DNA of 42,418 bases from an uncultured Planctomycetia bacterium (GTDB lineage Bacteria > Omnitrophota > Gorgyraeia > Duberdicusellales > Duberdicusellaceae), in the NCBI GenBank assembly GCA_964609315.1, contig CAZSRG010000004.1, forward strand, positions 1 through 42,418, read 5' to 3'. This document shows, piece by piece, positions 27,725 through 37,228 of the stretch; the first letter of the stretch is position 1; each line of letters begins with the position of its first letter. The position numbers were made by a program, and so were the translations under genes. Below the pieces are notes generated by a model. The model had not been told where the DNA came from. It was given only the letters and a program-made list of their open reading frames with translations, and ran no database searches.

Positions 27725-28381
27725 CTATTTAAGTATTTCTTCTGTAGATTTTTTTTCAACTCCGGTATTATCAGGTATATTGAGTTTTTTCACCAAACGG
27801 GGAAGAATTACTATTTCTACCCTCCGGTTTAACTGGCGGCCTTCCTCACTATCATTAGAAGCAACCGGCCTGTACTGGCCGTATCCTACGGCAGATAACC
27901 TGTCAGGCGAAACACCTTTACCAGCCATATAGTGTAAAACATTTAAAGCCCTATGTGAAGACAATTCCCAATTTGATTTCCAGCCTGAATATTTTATGGG
28001 AACATTATCAGTATGCCCCTCTATGCCTACTTGATGTCCTAAAGCTTCCCTGTTTAAAACTTTAGCTACTTTATCCAAAATAGGATAACTTGATTCGCGC
28101 AGGACATCTTTTCCTGAATCAAACAGGACTTCGGTTAAAACAGTAATAACCAACCCTTTATCTTTCATCTCAAGCTTAACTTCTTTATCCTTGATTTCCT
28201 CAGAAAGCCGTTTTTCCAATACGGATTTTGTAGAGCGGAGTTCAGACAGCTCATTCTTTAAAGATTCTATCTTTTCCAAATCAGAACGCCGGCCTTTTTG
28301 AATTACCAAAGCACAGCCCGAAAGAAAAAACGAAAGCAAAAATATACCGGAAAGAAAGAAGAATATTCTTGATTTATTCAT
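27725..28381 (-). CDS. OmpA/MotB-domain peptidoglycan-binding lipoprotein
   Basis: Lipobox FLSGC and an OmpA_C-like region ending NRRVEIVI. I prefer the ATG at 28379-28381, which has GGGGGA upstream, over the GTG-extended track ORF. Confidence 0.75.
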   Translation of the reverse strand: MNKSRIFFFLSGIFLLSFFLSGCALVIQKGRRSDLEKIESLKNELSELRSTKSVLEKRLSEEIKDKEVKLEMKDKGLVITVLTEVLFDSGKDVLRESSYPILDKVAKVLNREALGHQVGIEGHTDNVPIKYSGWKSNWELSSHRALNVLHYMAGKGVSPDRLSAVGYGQYRPVASNDSEEGRQLNRRVEIVILPRLVKKLNIPDNTGVEKKSTEEILK

Positions 28382-28407
28382 AAGGTCCCCCTTATTCTTA
28401 ATCACGT

Positions 28408-28600
28408 ATTGTCAAAGCTATCTTTGTTTTCTAAAACTCTAAACTCTAAATCCAAAACTCTAAATAAACCTAAAACTCAAATGCTTTAAACTCAAAACAT
28501 TAATAAATATACTGCTTTTGCTTTAAACTATATTGTTTTGGGTTTTGGGTTTTCTTCATTTTGAGTTTGTTTAGGGTTTAGAATTTAGGATTTTCTCCCC
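28408..28600 (+). repeat. family-1 element, subtype B
   Basis: Starts attgtcaaagctatctttgtt and has ctaaa heptads. The right arm is ttcttcattttgagtttgtttagggtttagaatttaggatttt. Confidence 0.85.
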
Positions 28601-28645
28601 GCTACTTATACTTTTTCATACAACTCTTGACACTACTTTTGAACT

Positions 28646-28674
28646 ATCTTACCATATGGCAAATACCCCGTCAA
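28646..28674 (-). promoter_or_regulatory. candidate sigma70-type promoter upstream of the OmpA-like gene
   Basis: On the minus strand: TTGACG (28674-28669), a 17-nt spacer, then TAAGAT (28651-28646). The family-1 element would then lie in the 5' UTR. Confidence 0.3.
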
Positions 28675-28740
28675 GATATTTCGCATATGGGACCAGTCCC
28701 TATTTAAGAATAAATAAAACTAACTAAATAGAGGCTGTCC

Positions 28741-30027
<1,287 letters not shown>

Positions 30028-31749
30028 TCACATGGAATCTAAAACGCCATCCAAAGATCCACCCCCAACCTGAAAGCTGAAAATCCTGTTATTATTTAAA
30101 AGAATAACCCCCCCTCTATTTATGCCTAATTCTGCGGATAGACTATTGTTATCTTTCAATGTCTTTTCTCCTTTATCCGATAAAGCGAACTCAGTTACTT
30201 TATCCGTATCAATCCCCAACTTCTTAAACGGCAGGTTCCAGAAACTGCTTGTTATGGTGTTAACCCTCCCTAAAAGATATTTCCAGAACTTATTAGGATA
30301 AAGAACTTTAACACTTAAAATCCTCAGGCATTCTTCTTTTTCAGGCAGGCTTCCCTTTTTGAAAATGAAATGGACTTCTAAATTAAGTTTTTTCTTCTCA
30401 GCTTTAGTCTTCACTTTCCTCAAGATATCAGAAAACCCTTTCTGAAAAGGTTCAATGAATAAATCAACCTTTCTATCAATAACCGGCCGGCTCAGATAAT
30501 AAAATATTCCCGAAAACCGGGAAGAAAGGAAGTACTTCTTACCTTTCTTTTCAAAAGCCCCGGATAATTCATCAAAGTTTTGCGCCTCTTCAACATTCCG
30601 GCTGAAGACAAATACCGGCAGAGTACTAATCCCAAAAGTTTTTATAAGTTTTTTAGCTTCCGGAGATTTGTAATCTATTTTCCTAAATTTAACTCCCCGG
30701 AAATACTTCTTCAAAAAAGACTCGGTTAATTTTGTAGAACATGCCGGGCAGTTTTCCATACCTATAACAACGGCTTCTAAAGGTTTCCCTTTTCGGTATA
30801 AGCATTGAGCAGGCTGTCCTCCTATACCCGGGTTGCTGCAAGACCTTACCATCCCCTCTTTCTCCGGGCAGTTAGAATCCAAAAAACATTCGGGAATAAT
30901 TTTTTTAACACTTGGATCTTCCGCGCGGGTCAAAGGTAAAGCTATGTCTTCAGAAGTATATTCTTTAACATTACCATCTGCCAATTTAATTATCAATTTC
31001 CCAATCTTTTTCGCCTGAAAATAAGGGTAGGCTTCTATTGTCTTCCCCTCTCTCTGAAGGCCTTGCCCATTTGAAGGATAACTGAATATAACAAGGTTAA
31101 TTTCAGGAAACTTACTCAAAAGGCCATTGGTTTCATCCCTGCTTAGAGAAGACAGTAAAACGACAGCGCCTACTTTCTCCTTCTTAAAAAAGCTGACTGC
31201 TTTACTTAAAGAATCTTCGTACTCTCCAACAGCCACATTAAAAGACGATAAAGACTTTGGGCTTATTCCGGTAATTCCTACTCTTATAGAACCCGCCTGT
31301 TTTATAATATAAGGCTTGACTCCTTTCAAAGTTACATTGCAGGAAACAAAAGGGAAATTTGTCTTGTTTATGCTTTTCTCAAAAAAATCTCTGCCGAGCC
31401 TGAATTCATCTTCAGCAATCCCCGCGGCATCATACTTCATTGCCTGCATTGCTCTTAAAGCAGCTTCTGTCCTCTGTTTATCTAAATCTACCCCTATACT
31501 GAACTCATCCAAAGGCCCTGCCGCGAATACACTGCCTGAATCAACCAATATTAAATCTTTATCCTTTGCCCTTTCCTTTTTAACAGCAGCCGCCCTTCTG
31601 GATACCCCTCCGCCGACACTTGCCGGACAATGGCCGCAGGGATAAAGGGAAGAATGAGAAGAACCGGTATAAAGGATTGTCAAATCCTGAGAGAATACGG
31701 GAGAAACAAAAAGAGAAATAATAGCGGATAGAGCTATGAATAAACGCAT
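30028..31749 (-). CDS. secreted protein: degenerate 5'-nucleotidase/metallophosphoesterase-like N-terminal part plus thioredoxin-fold-like CPAC C-terminal part
   Basis: Signal peptide. Layout is ILYTGSSHSSLYPCGHCP...GGVSRRAAAV...LILVDSGSVF, and the usual metal-ligand motifs are substituted. A central CPAC motif is present. I place the start at the ATG at 31747-31749, with GGAGG 8 nt upstream. Confidence 0.4.
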   Translation of the reverse strand: MRLFIALSAIISLFVSPVFSQDLTILYTGSSHSSLYPCGHCPASVGGGVSRRAAAVKKERAKDKDLILVDSGSVFAAGPLDEFSIGVDLDKQRTEAALRAMQAMKYDAAGIAEDEFRLGRDFFEKSINKTNFPFVSCNVTLKGVKPYIIKQAGSIRVGITGISPKSLSSFNVAVGEYEDSLSKAVSFFKKEKVGAVVLLSSLSRDETNGLLSKFPEINLVIFSYPSNGQGLQREGKTIEAYPYFQAKKIGKLIIKLADGNVKEYTSEDIALPLTRAEDPSVKKIIPECFLDSNCPEKEGMVRSCSNPGIGGQPAQCLYRKGKPLEAVVIGMENCPACSTKLTESFLKKYFRGVKFRKIDYKSPEAKKLIKTFGISTLPVFVFSRNVEEAQNFDELSGAFEKKGKKYFLSSRFSGIFYYLSRPVIDRKVDLFIEPFQKGFSDILRKVKTKAEKKKLNLEVHFIFKKGSLPEKEECLRILSVKVLYPNKFWKYLLGRVNTITSSFWNLPFKKLGIDTDKVTEFALSDKGEKTLKDNNSLSAELGINRGGVILLNNNRIFSFQVGGGSLDGVLDSM

Positions 31750-31893
31750 AATCAAAACCTCCTTACATTAGCCGCTAAAACAAAAGACATAAAACAGATT
31801 GATACATTATTAAATTGCTAAACTGTTAAACTGCTAAACAAAAACAAAATATAGAAAATAGATAAATACACAAGACTCAATCATCCTTTGCCG

Positions 31894-33483
31894 CTATGAT
31901 ATTTTTATAAATTTAACGTTGCTGAAGTCGCTGTCCGAAAGTATTTCTTCTATAATTTCTCCGGTCAAAGGTGTATCTATTGTCAGGGCGGTAATTGCCA
32001 GCCCTTCTTCTTTCTTACGGCCAAAACTCATTGTGGCAATATTAATCTTACGTCTGCCTAACATAGCGCCTAACTTTCCTATAACCCCCGGCTTATCGCG
32101 GTTGGAAAGAAAAATCATATACTTAGCCGGGCTGATTTCTAAATAAAAGCCGTTAATTTTAACAATCCGGGGATAATGGTTCGCGAATAAAGCGCCCTCT
32201 AAGCTAATCTCTTCTTTATCGGATTTAATCCTCACCGCTATTGAATTTAAGTAATCTGTCCCTTCCGAAGATTTCGTAGATTCTATCTTGATACCTCTGT
32301 CCTTAGCTAAATTAAAGGCGTTAACAAAATTTACCGTTCCTTCCAAAATAGGCGAAAGCACGCCTTTAACTAAAGAAGAAGTAACCGGGATAAGTTTAAA
32401 AGAAGTAATATCTCCGGCATAACTAATCCAGACTTCTTTTATCCGCCCCTCAATCAGCTGAGAAGAAACCATGCCGAGTTTTTCAGCTAAACTTATATAA
32501 GGAGAAAGAGCGGTAAAAGTTTCCGGGTCAAGAGAAGGAAAATTAACCGCGTTCTTTAAGGCTCTGCCCTTAAGGACATCCTTTACACAATGAGCAATTT
32601 CCACCGCTACATTTATCTGGGCCTCTTTGGTAGAAGCTCCTAAATGCGGGCTTAAGACAATATTATCTAATCTAAATAAGGGATTATCTTTTTCAGGGGG
32701 TTCTTTTTCATAAACATCCAAAGCGGCAAAGGATATTTTCTTATCCTTTAAGGCGAGGTATAAAGCCTTTTCACTAATTATCCCCCCCCTGGCGCAGTTT
32801 ATAACCCGGGCATTAGGTTTCATAATTGAGAATTCATCGTCAGAAATCAAACCGCGGGTTTCTTCAGTCAAAGGAGTATGAACCGTGATATAATCCGCCT
32901 CTGAAAGCAGTTTTTTCAACTCAACTATTTCTATATCCAGCTTCTTAGCCACATCTTCAGAGATAAAGGGGTCATAAGAAACCACCTTCATTCCAAAAGA
33001 TAGAGCCCGTTTAGAAATCTCTCTTCCAATACGGCCTAACCCTATAACACCAAGAGTCTTGTTATAAAGCTCCGTCCCTTTAAACTTAGAACGTTCCCAC
33101 TTACCTGCCCTTACGGATTTGTCGGCTAAAGCAACGTTCCTTGACATAGCCAACATCAAAGCAAAGGCCTGTTCACAGGTAGAAATGGAATTACCCGAAG
33201 GAGCGTTCATAACAATAATCCCCTGCTTAGTAGCAGATTCAATATCAACGTTATCCAACCCGACACCGGCTCTGCCGATTGCTTTCAGTCTGGCCGCTTT
33301 ACTAAGTATATCCCCGGTCAGTTTTGTCTGGCTGCGGATAACAATAGCATCATATCCTCCAATAATTGAAGATAATTCTTCGGGAGTTAAGCCGGTCTTG
33401 ACATCTACCTGAATATCCTTCTCCGCTTTTAAGATTTCAACCCCTTCTTCCGCTAATTTATCACTCACAAGGATTTTAAGCAT
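31894..33483 (-). CDS. serA: D-3-phosphoglycerate dehydrogenase (long form with ACT domain)
   Basis: 529 aa with the NAD motif GVIGLGRIGREI and a C-terminal ACT-like region. Confidence 0.9.
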   Translation of the reverse strand: MLKILVSDKLAEEGVEILKAEKDIQVDVKTGLTPEELSSIIGGYDAIVIRSQTKLTGDILSKAARLKAIGRAGVGLDNVDIESATKQGIIVMNAPSGNSISTCEQAFALMLAMSRNVALADKSVRAGKWERSKFKGTELYNKTLGVIGLGRIGREISKRALSFGMKVVSYDPFISEDVAKKLDIEIVELKKLLSEADYITVHTPLTEETRGLISDDEFSIMKPNARVINCARGGIISEKALYLALKDKKISFAALDVYEKEPPEKDNPLFRLDNIVLSPHLGASTKEAQINVAVEIAHCVKDVLKGRALKNAVNFPSLDPETFTALSPYISLAEKLGMVSSQLIEGRIKEVWISYAGDITSFKLIPVTSSLVKGVLSPILEGTVNFVNAFNLAKDRGIKIESTKSSEGTDYLNSIAVRIKSDKEEISLEGALFANHYPRIVKINGFYLEISPAKYMIFLSNRDKPGVIGKLGAMLGRRKINIATMSFGRKKEEGLAITALTIDTPLTGEIIEEILSDSDFSNVKFIKIS

Positions 33484-34606
33484 AATATACCTCCTGAAAA
33501 GCTTTTAAACTAACTCCTTTTTCTATTGAAACGCCTGAATCCGCTAAGACTTTCTCCAAAACCGACAGGCACATAACAATATCCGAAGGGTTTATATATC
33601 CCATATGGGCTATTCTCACAATTTTTCCTTTCAAATGCCCCTGCCCTCCGGCAATACTTATCCCGTATTCTTTTCTCATCTTTCTAACAATAGACGCGGT
33701 ATCTATTTCTTTAACCAGGGCCGCGGTAACCGAAGATGACGGGCTTTTAGAAAGAATCTCAAAACCCAAAGAAGTTAAAGCTGACCTGAGCGCCCGTCCC
33801 ATTTTCCCAAAATCTTTCCAGCGGGTTTCCAGCCCCTCTTCTCTAATAACCCTCAAGCTCTCCCTTAAAGCAAATATCAGGCTCACCGAAGGAGTAAAAG
33901 GAGTATCATTTTTCTCCCAGGACTTGGAAGCCTTTTTCAAGTCAAAATAGTATTTAGGTAAATCTGATTCTTCCAAAAACTTCTCAGCTTTTTTGCTGAA
34001 AGAAAGAAACGCCAATCCCGGAGGAAGCATAAGTCCCTTTTGAGAACCTGAAACAACCACATCAACTCCCCATTCATCAGTTTTTAAAACATCCTGTCCT
34101 AACCCGCTTACCGCGTCAACAACACAAAGCAGGCCTTTTTTACGGATAACTTCGGCAATGCTCTTTATGTCATAAACCGTAGCAGTAGACGTTTCACAAA
34201 GAGTGGTATATACAGCTTTAATTCCGGAATCCGCGTCTAAGAGCTTTTCTATATCTTCAGATATAGGAGCGTTTCCCCACTCAACATTTAGAGGAACAGT
34301 TTCAACTCCAAAACTTTCGCATATTTCCTTCCATCGTTCGCCGAATTTTCCACCCATAACAATCAGGGCTTTATCCTCTTTCTTAAGAAAGTTTGACACC
34401 GCGGCTTCCATTGCTCCTGTGCCGGAAGAAGAAAAGATTAAAACAGGATTTTTTGTCTGAAAAAGGTACTTAAGCCCTTCATGGGCTTCTTTCAATACTT
34501 CCCTAAACTCATCAGTCCTGTGGTGAATAATGTCTCTGCCTAAAGCAGCCTTTACTTCAGGGAGCAAAGGCGAAGGCCCCGGAGTCATCAAATAACTATG
34601 TTTCAT
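33476..34606 (-). CDS. class V (AGXT-type) aminotransferase, probable phosphoserine/serine-pyruvate aminotransferase
   Basis: Has the PLP-lysine context SGSQKGLM and overlaps serA by 8 nt. I place the start at the ATG at 34604-34606 (MKHSYLMTPGP), which has GGAGAGG upstream. The TTG-extended track ORF runs into repeat Y-A. Confidence 0.8.
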   Translation of the reverse strand: MKHSYLMTPGPSPLLPEVKAALGRDIIHHRTDEFREVLKEAHEGLKYLFQTKNPVLIFSSSGTGAMEAAVSNFLKKEDKALIVMGGKFGERWKEICESFGVETVPLNVEWGNAPISEDIEKLLDADSGIKAVYTTLCETSTATVYDIKSIAEVIRKKGLLCVVDAVSGLGQDVLKTDEWGVDVVVSGSQKGLMLPPGLAFLSFSKKAEKFLEESDLPKYYFDLKKASKSWEKNDTPFTPSVSLIFALRESLRVIREEGLETRWKDFGKMGRALRSALTSLGFEILSKSPSSSVTAALVKEIDTASIVRKMRKEYGISIAGGQGHLKGKIVRIAHMGYINPSDIVMCLSVLEKVLADSGVSIEKGVSLKAFQEVYYA

Positions 34607-34618
34607 TTCTCCTCTCCT

Positions 34619-34749
34619 CAATGAGGCCGCAGCTTATGGAGTCCGAAGGATGACATAAGCTGCATGGCCGAATTGATCCCGCCGAAGGTTGGTAAATTGT
34701 CAACGATAATTTACCAACATCTTCTCTGAGGCGGGATTACCTTAATATT
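34619..34749 (-). repeat. element Y-A: two-hairpin structured unit directly upstream of the aminotransferase SD
   Basis: Plus-strand order is caatgag, hairpin 1 (ggcc gcagcttat...ataagctgc..ggcc), gaattgatcccgccgaagg, hairpin 2 (ttggtaaatt..aatttaccaa), then catcttctctgaggcgggattaccttaatatt. Confidence 0.85.
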
Positions 34750-34932
34750 ATAAATCAGCTATCTGTAATTACTCTGGCTGTTGATAGATAATTCTTTCGT
34801 TTTAGCATAATTAGCGAGTCTGCCATTCGCCATCCTCTGTATTTGTTAACAATTCAACCATTTAACAATATATTAATGTATTAATCTCTTCTCTCATTCT
34901 CTGACTCCTGCCCTCTGACTTCTGTCCTCTGC

Positions 34933-35526
34933 CTATTTATGCGGCAGGATAACTTCATCAATCAAGCCGTACTGTTTAGCTTCATCCGCGCTCATAAAAT
35001 AATCTCTGTCAGTATCTTCTTTTACTTTCTTAACCGTTTTTTTGGTATGAGCAGAGAGGATTCCATTTACCTTTTCTCTCAGCCTGAGTATTTCCTTTGT
35101 CTGAATAGAGATATCTTCCGCTGTCCCCTGAGCTCCGCCCCAAGGCTGATGAATCATAATCCGGGAATTAGGCAGAGCAAAACGTTTACCATCTTTGCCC
35201 GCTGCCAAGAGTAAAGCGCCCATACTCGCCGCCTGGCCTATACAGTAAGTAGCCACATCCGGTTTAACAAACTGCATCGTATCATATACAGCCAATCCCG
35301 CGGTGATGGAACCACCCGGAGTGTTGACATACACGCTTATATCTTTTGAAGGATCTTCCATCTGGAGAAAAAGCATTTGAGCGATAACCACATTCGCTAC
35401 GTTATCATCTATCGGTGTCCCGACAAAGATTATCCTGTCTTTTAACAAACGGGAATAAATATCATATGCCCTTTCAGTCCGCTGAGTCTGCTCAATTACT
35501 ATAGGAACATACCCCTGATTTTTCAT
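34933..35526 (-). CDS. clpP: ATP-dependent Clp protease proteolytic subunit
   Basis: Catalytic contexts GQAASMGA and MIHQP. I place the start at the ATG at 35524-35526 ([10 protein letters not shown]), which has GAGGAGG upstream. The track ORF start runs into repeat Y-B. Confidence 0.95.
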   Translation of the reverse strand: MKNQGYVPIVIEQTQRTERAYDIYSRLLKDRIIFVGTPIDDNVANVVIAQMLFLQMEDPSKDISVYVNTPGGSITAGLAVYDTMQFVKPDVATYCIGQAASMGALLLAAGKDGKRFALPNSRIMIHQPWGGAQGTAEDISIQTKEILRLREKVNGILSAHTKKTVKKVKEDTDRDYFMSADEAKQYGLIDEVILPHK

Positions 35527-35538
35527 AAACAACCTCCT

Positions 35539-35670
35539 CAATGAGGCCGCAACTTATGGAATCCGAAGGATGACATAAGCTGCATGGCCGAATTGATCCC
35601 GCCGAAGGCTAGGGTAATTATCAAAGATAATTACCCTGCATCTTCTCTGAGGCGGGATTACCTTAATATT
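35539..35670 (-). repeat. element Y-B, directly upstream of the clpP SD
   Basis: Hairpin 1 matches Y-A except for 2 substitutions. Hairpin 2 is the alternative version agggtaatta..taattaccct. Confidence 0.85.
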
Positions 35671-35681
35671 TATTAATTAAC

Positions 35682-35813
35682 CAATGAGACTGTGATTTTT
35701 TATTATTCCCAATGATAAAAAATCACTTAGTCGAATTGATCCCGCCGAAGGCTAGGGTAATTATCAAAGATAATTACCCTGCATCTCCTCTGAGGCGGGA
35801 TTTCCTTAATATT
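35682..35813 (-). repeat. element Y-C
   Basis: Same conserved single-stranded blocks. Hairpin 1 is replaced by the unrelated 12-bp stem gtgattttttat/ataaaaaatcac. Hairpin 2 matches Y-B. Confidence 0.85.
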
Positions 35814-35823
35814 TACAAATTAG

Positions 35824-35951
35824 CAGTGAGCGCACAACTTACAGAACGAAGTGATTGTAAGTTGTCCGCGCGAATTGATCCCGCCGAAGGTTGGTAAATT
35901 GTCAACGAGAATTTACCAACATCTTCTCTGAGGCGGGATTACCTTAATATT
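35824..35951 (-). repeat. element Y-D
   Basis: Hairpin 1 is replaced by gcgc-acaacttaca/tgtaagttgt-gcgc. Hairpin 2 matches Y-A. Confidence 0.85.
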
Positions 35952-35960
35952 ATAAATTAG

Positions 35961-36013
35961 CTCTTTGCTCTTTGTTACTATCTCTTTGCTAAGAGCCATG
36001 AGCTATGAGCCAA
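35961..36013. repeat. degenerate heptamer tandem array (ctctttg/ccatgag type)
   Basis: Reads ctctttg ctctttg ttactat ctctttg ctaagag ccatgag ctatgag. Shares the ccatgagctat-agcc segment with 1606-1640. Confidence 0.75.
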
Positions 36014-36907
36014 TTACCCCAAATTGCTCAAAATAAACCCTATAACAGATTCATATATGTTATTGTTATCAAAGTTAAGGTTTTCCTTTTTGGCAATAGA
36101 TTCCAAAATATAATACAGCCTGACCTGTTCTTCAGCTAAAGCTTCCGCTTTACGCGATATTTCTTCCTGCTGTTTTTTTATCTCCTCTTCAGAAACACCT
36201 TTAGACCTTAAATCAACAACAGCCTGAGTAATAAACCTCTGTTTCTGCTCGTTAACCACGGAAGAAGGAAGCTGGAATTTCAGTTCAGAAAGAAGCCTGC
36301 CGGTTATTTCCTTTTCAACAGCCCGCCTTCTCTGAACGGCCTTATTAAGGTATAATTCCGAAGATAGAGCTTTCCTAAACTCGGGCTCATCTTTATATCC
36401 CGCCCAAAGAGAGACAAACCTGTTATCAATGTCACTTTCATTTTTACCGGTTATCTTAGTTAAATTATCCTTAAACCGGCCAATGAACTTATCAATTTCT
36501 TTCTCATCTTCCTCTATGCTGTCAATCTTAACTTTAATTTTATAGTACATTCTCCTGGCAACTTCTATCTCGGGCTTTACATCCACTAAAGCTGTAAAAG
36601 ACAATTTTCCTCCCTTGTAATCAATCTCTTTTATGTCCGGAGAAGCAACCGGTTCCAATTTCTTCTCTTCCAAAACCCGGCTGTAATAATGAGGCACCGC
36701 GTCTTTGACTAAATTATCTCTGACTAATTCGGGAAACCGCTGTTCAATCAAATCCAAAGGAGCTTTACCCTTACGGAACCCGGGAATATTAACTGTGTTG
36801 CTCAACTTGTTAAGGACTTTACTTTTAACCTCTCCCAAAGAATCCTTTGATACGGTTATTCTTATATTCCGCTTAACTTCTCCATCCTTTTTAATCTCAA
36901 CTTCCAC
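36014..36907 (-). CDS. tig: trigger factor lacking the PPIase domain
   Basis: 297 aa. The N-terminal ribosome-binding motif GFRKGKAP and the C-terminal arm region are recognisable. No FKBP-like segment lies between them. Confidence 0.75.
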   Translation of the reverse strand: MEVEIKKDGEVKRNIRITVSKDSLGEVKSKVLNKLSNTVNIPGFRKGKAPLDLIEQRFPELVRDNLVKDAVPHYYSRVLEEKKLEPVASPDIKEIDYKGGKLSFTALVDVKPEIEVARRMYYKIKVKIDSIEEDEKEIDKFIGRFKDNLTKITGKNESDIDNRFVSLWAGYKDEPEFRKALSSELYLNKAVQRRRAVEKEITGRLLSELKFQLPSSVVNEQKQRFITQAVVDLRSKGVSEEEIKKQQEEISRKAEALAEEQVRLYYILESIAKKENLNFDNNNIYESVIGFILSNLG

Positions 36908-36940
36908 TAAATTCCTCCTATTTTATAACACCTGCACTAT

Positions 36941-37188
36941 CAAACTCTAAATCCTAAATTCTAAACTCTAAACAATTTCAAATATCAAATGTTCTAAATC
37001 CTAAACTAAACTCTAAATTCTAATACCAAATGTTCTAAACATTGTTTTGAATTTTGTATTTTGAACATTTGAGATTGTTTAGTATTTAGAATTTAGTGCT
37101 TAGGATTTATTTATCATTTGGTCATCTGACTTCTGCCCTTTGTCTTCTATCAATGTGTAGGCCTGACCCCTATTCCGGTATTTGTGTT
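36941..37188. repeat. family-1 element, subtype A, plus right-flank module
   Basis: 36961-37124 differs at 3 positions from 1696-1859. The right flank tttggtcatctgacttctgccc...caatgtgtaggcctgac recurs at 38311-38392. Confidence 0.9.
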
Positions 37189-37228
37189 TAGGACTTAAGA
37201 TTATTCCCTCTAAGTGCTCCTGATAATA

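Noticed and set aside
34607-34621. TTG-started N-terminal extensions MRRGEM (aminotransferase) and MRRLFM (clpP, 35527-35541).
   Set aside because: Both extensions are read from the shared Y-element junction sequence. Internal ATGs with good SD spacing give N-termini that match the protein families.
35575-35625. Possible 15-codon leader peptide on the minus strand inside hairpin 1 of Y-A and Y-B (MQLMSSFG.HKLRPH, stop overlapping the downstream SD).
   Set aside because: It has no SD of its own, and hairpin 1 of Y-C and Y-D contains no equivalent ORF. The coding reading is therefore not a conserved property of the element.
35712-35897. Plus-strand 61-aa ORF across Y-C and Y-D.
   Set aside because: Its repeated ELIPPKA/IDPAEG segments are translations of the conserved Y blocks. 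It is not conserved across the units and is antisense to the local gene direction.
35539-35951. CRISPR array interpretation of the tandem Y units.
   Set aside because: The conserved part is about 90 nt and is split into blocks. The variable parts are self-complementary hairpins rather than unique spacers. There are only three tandem units, and no cas genes or leader.
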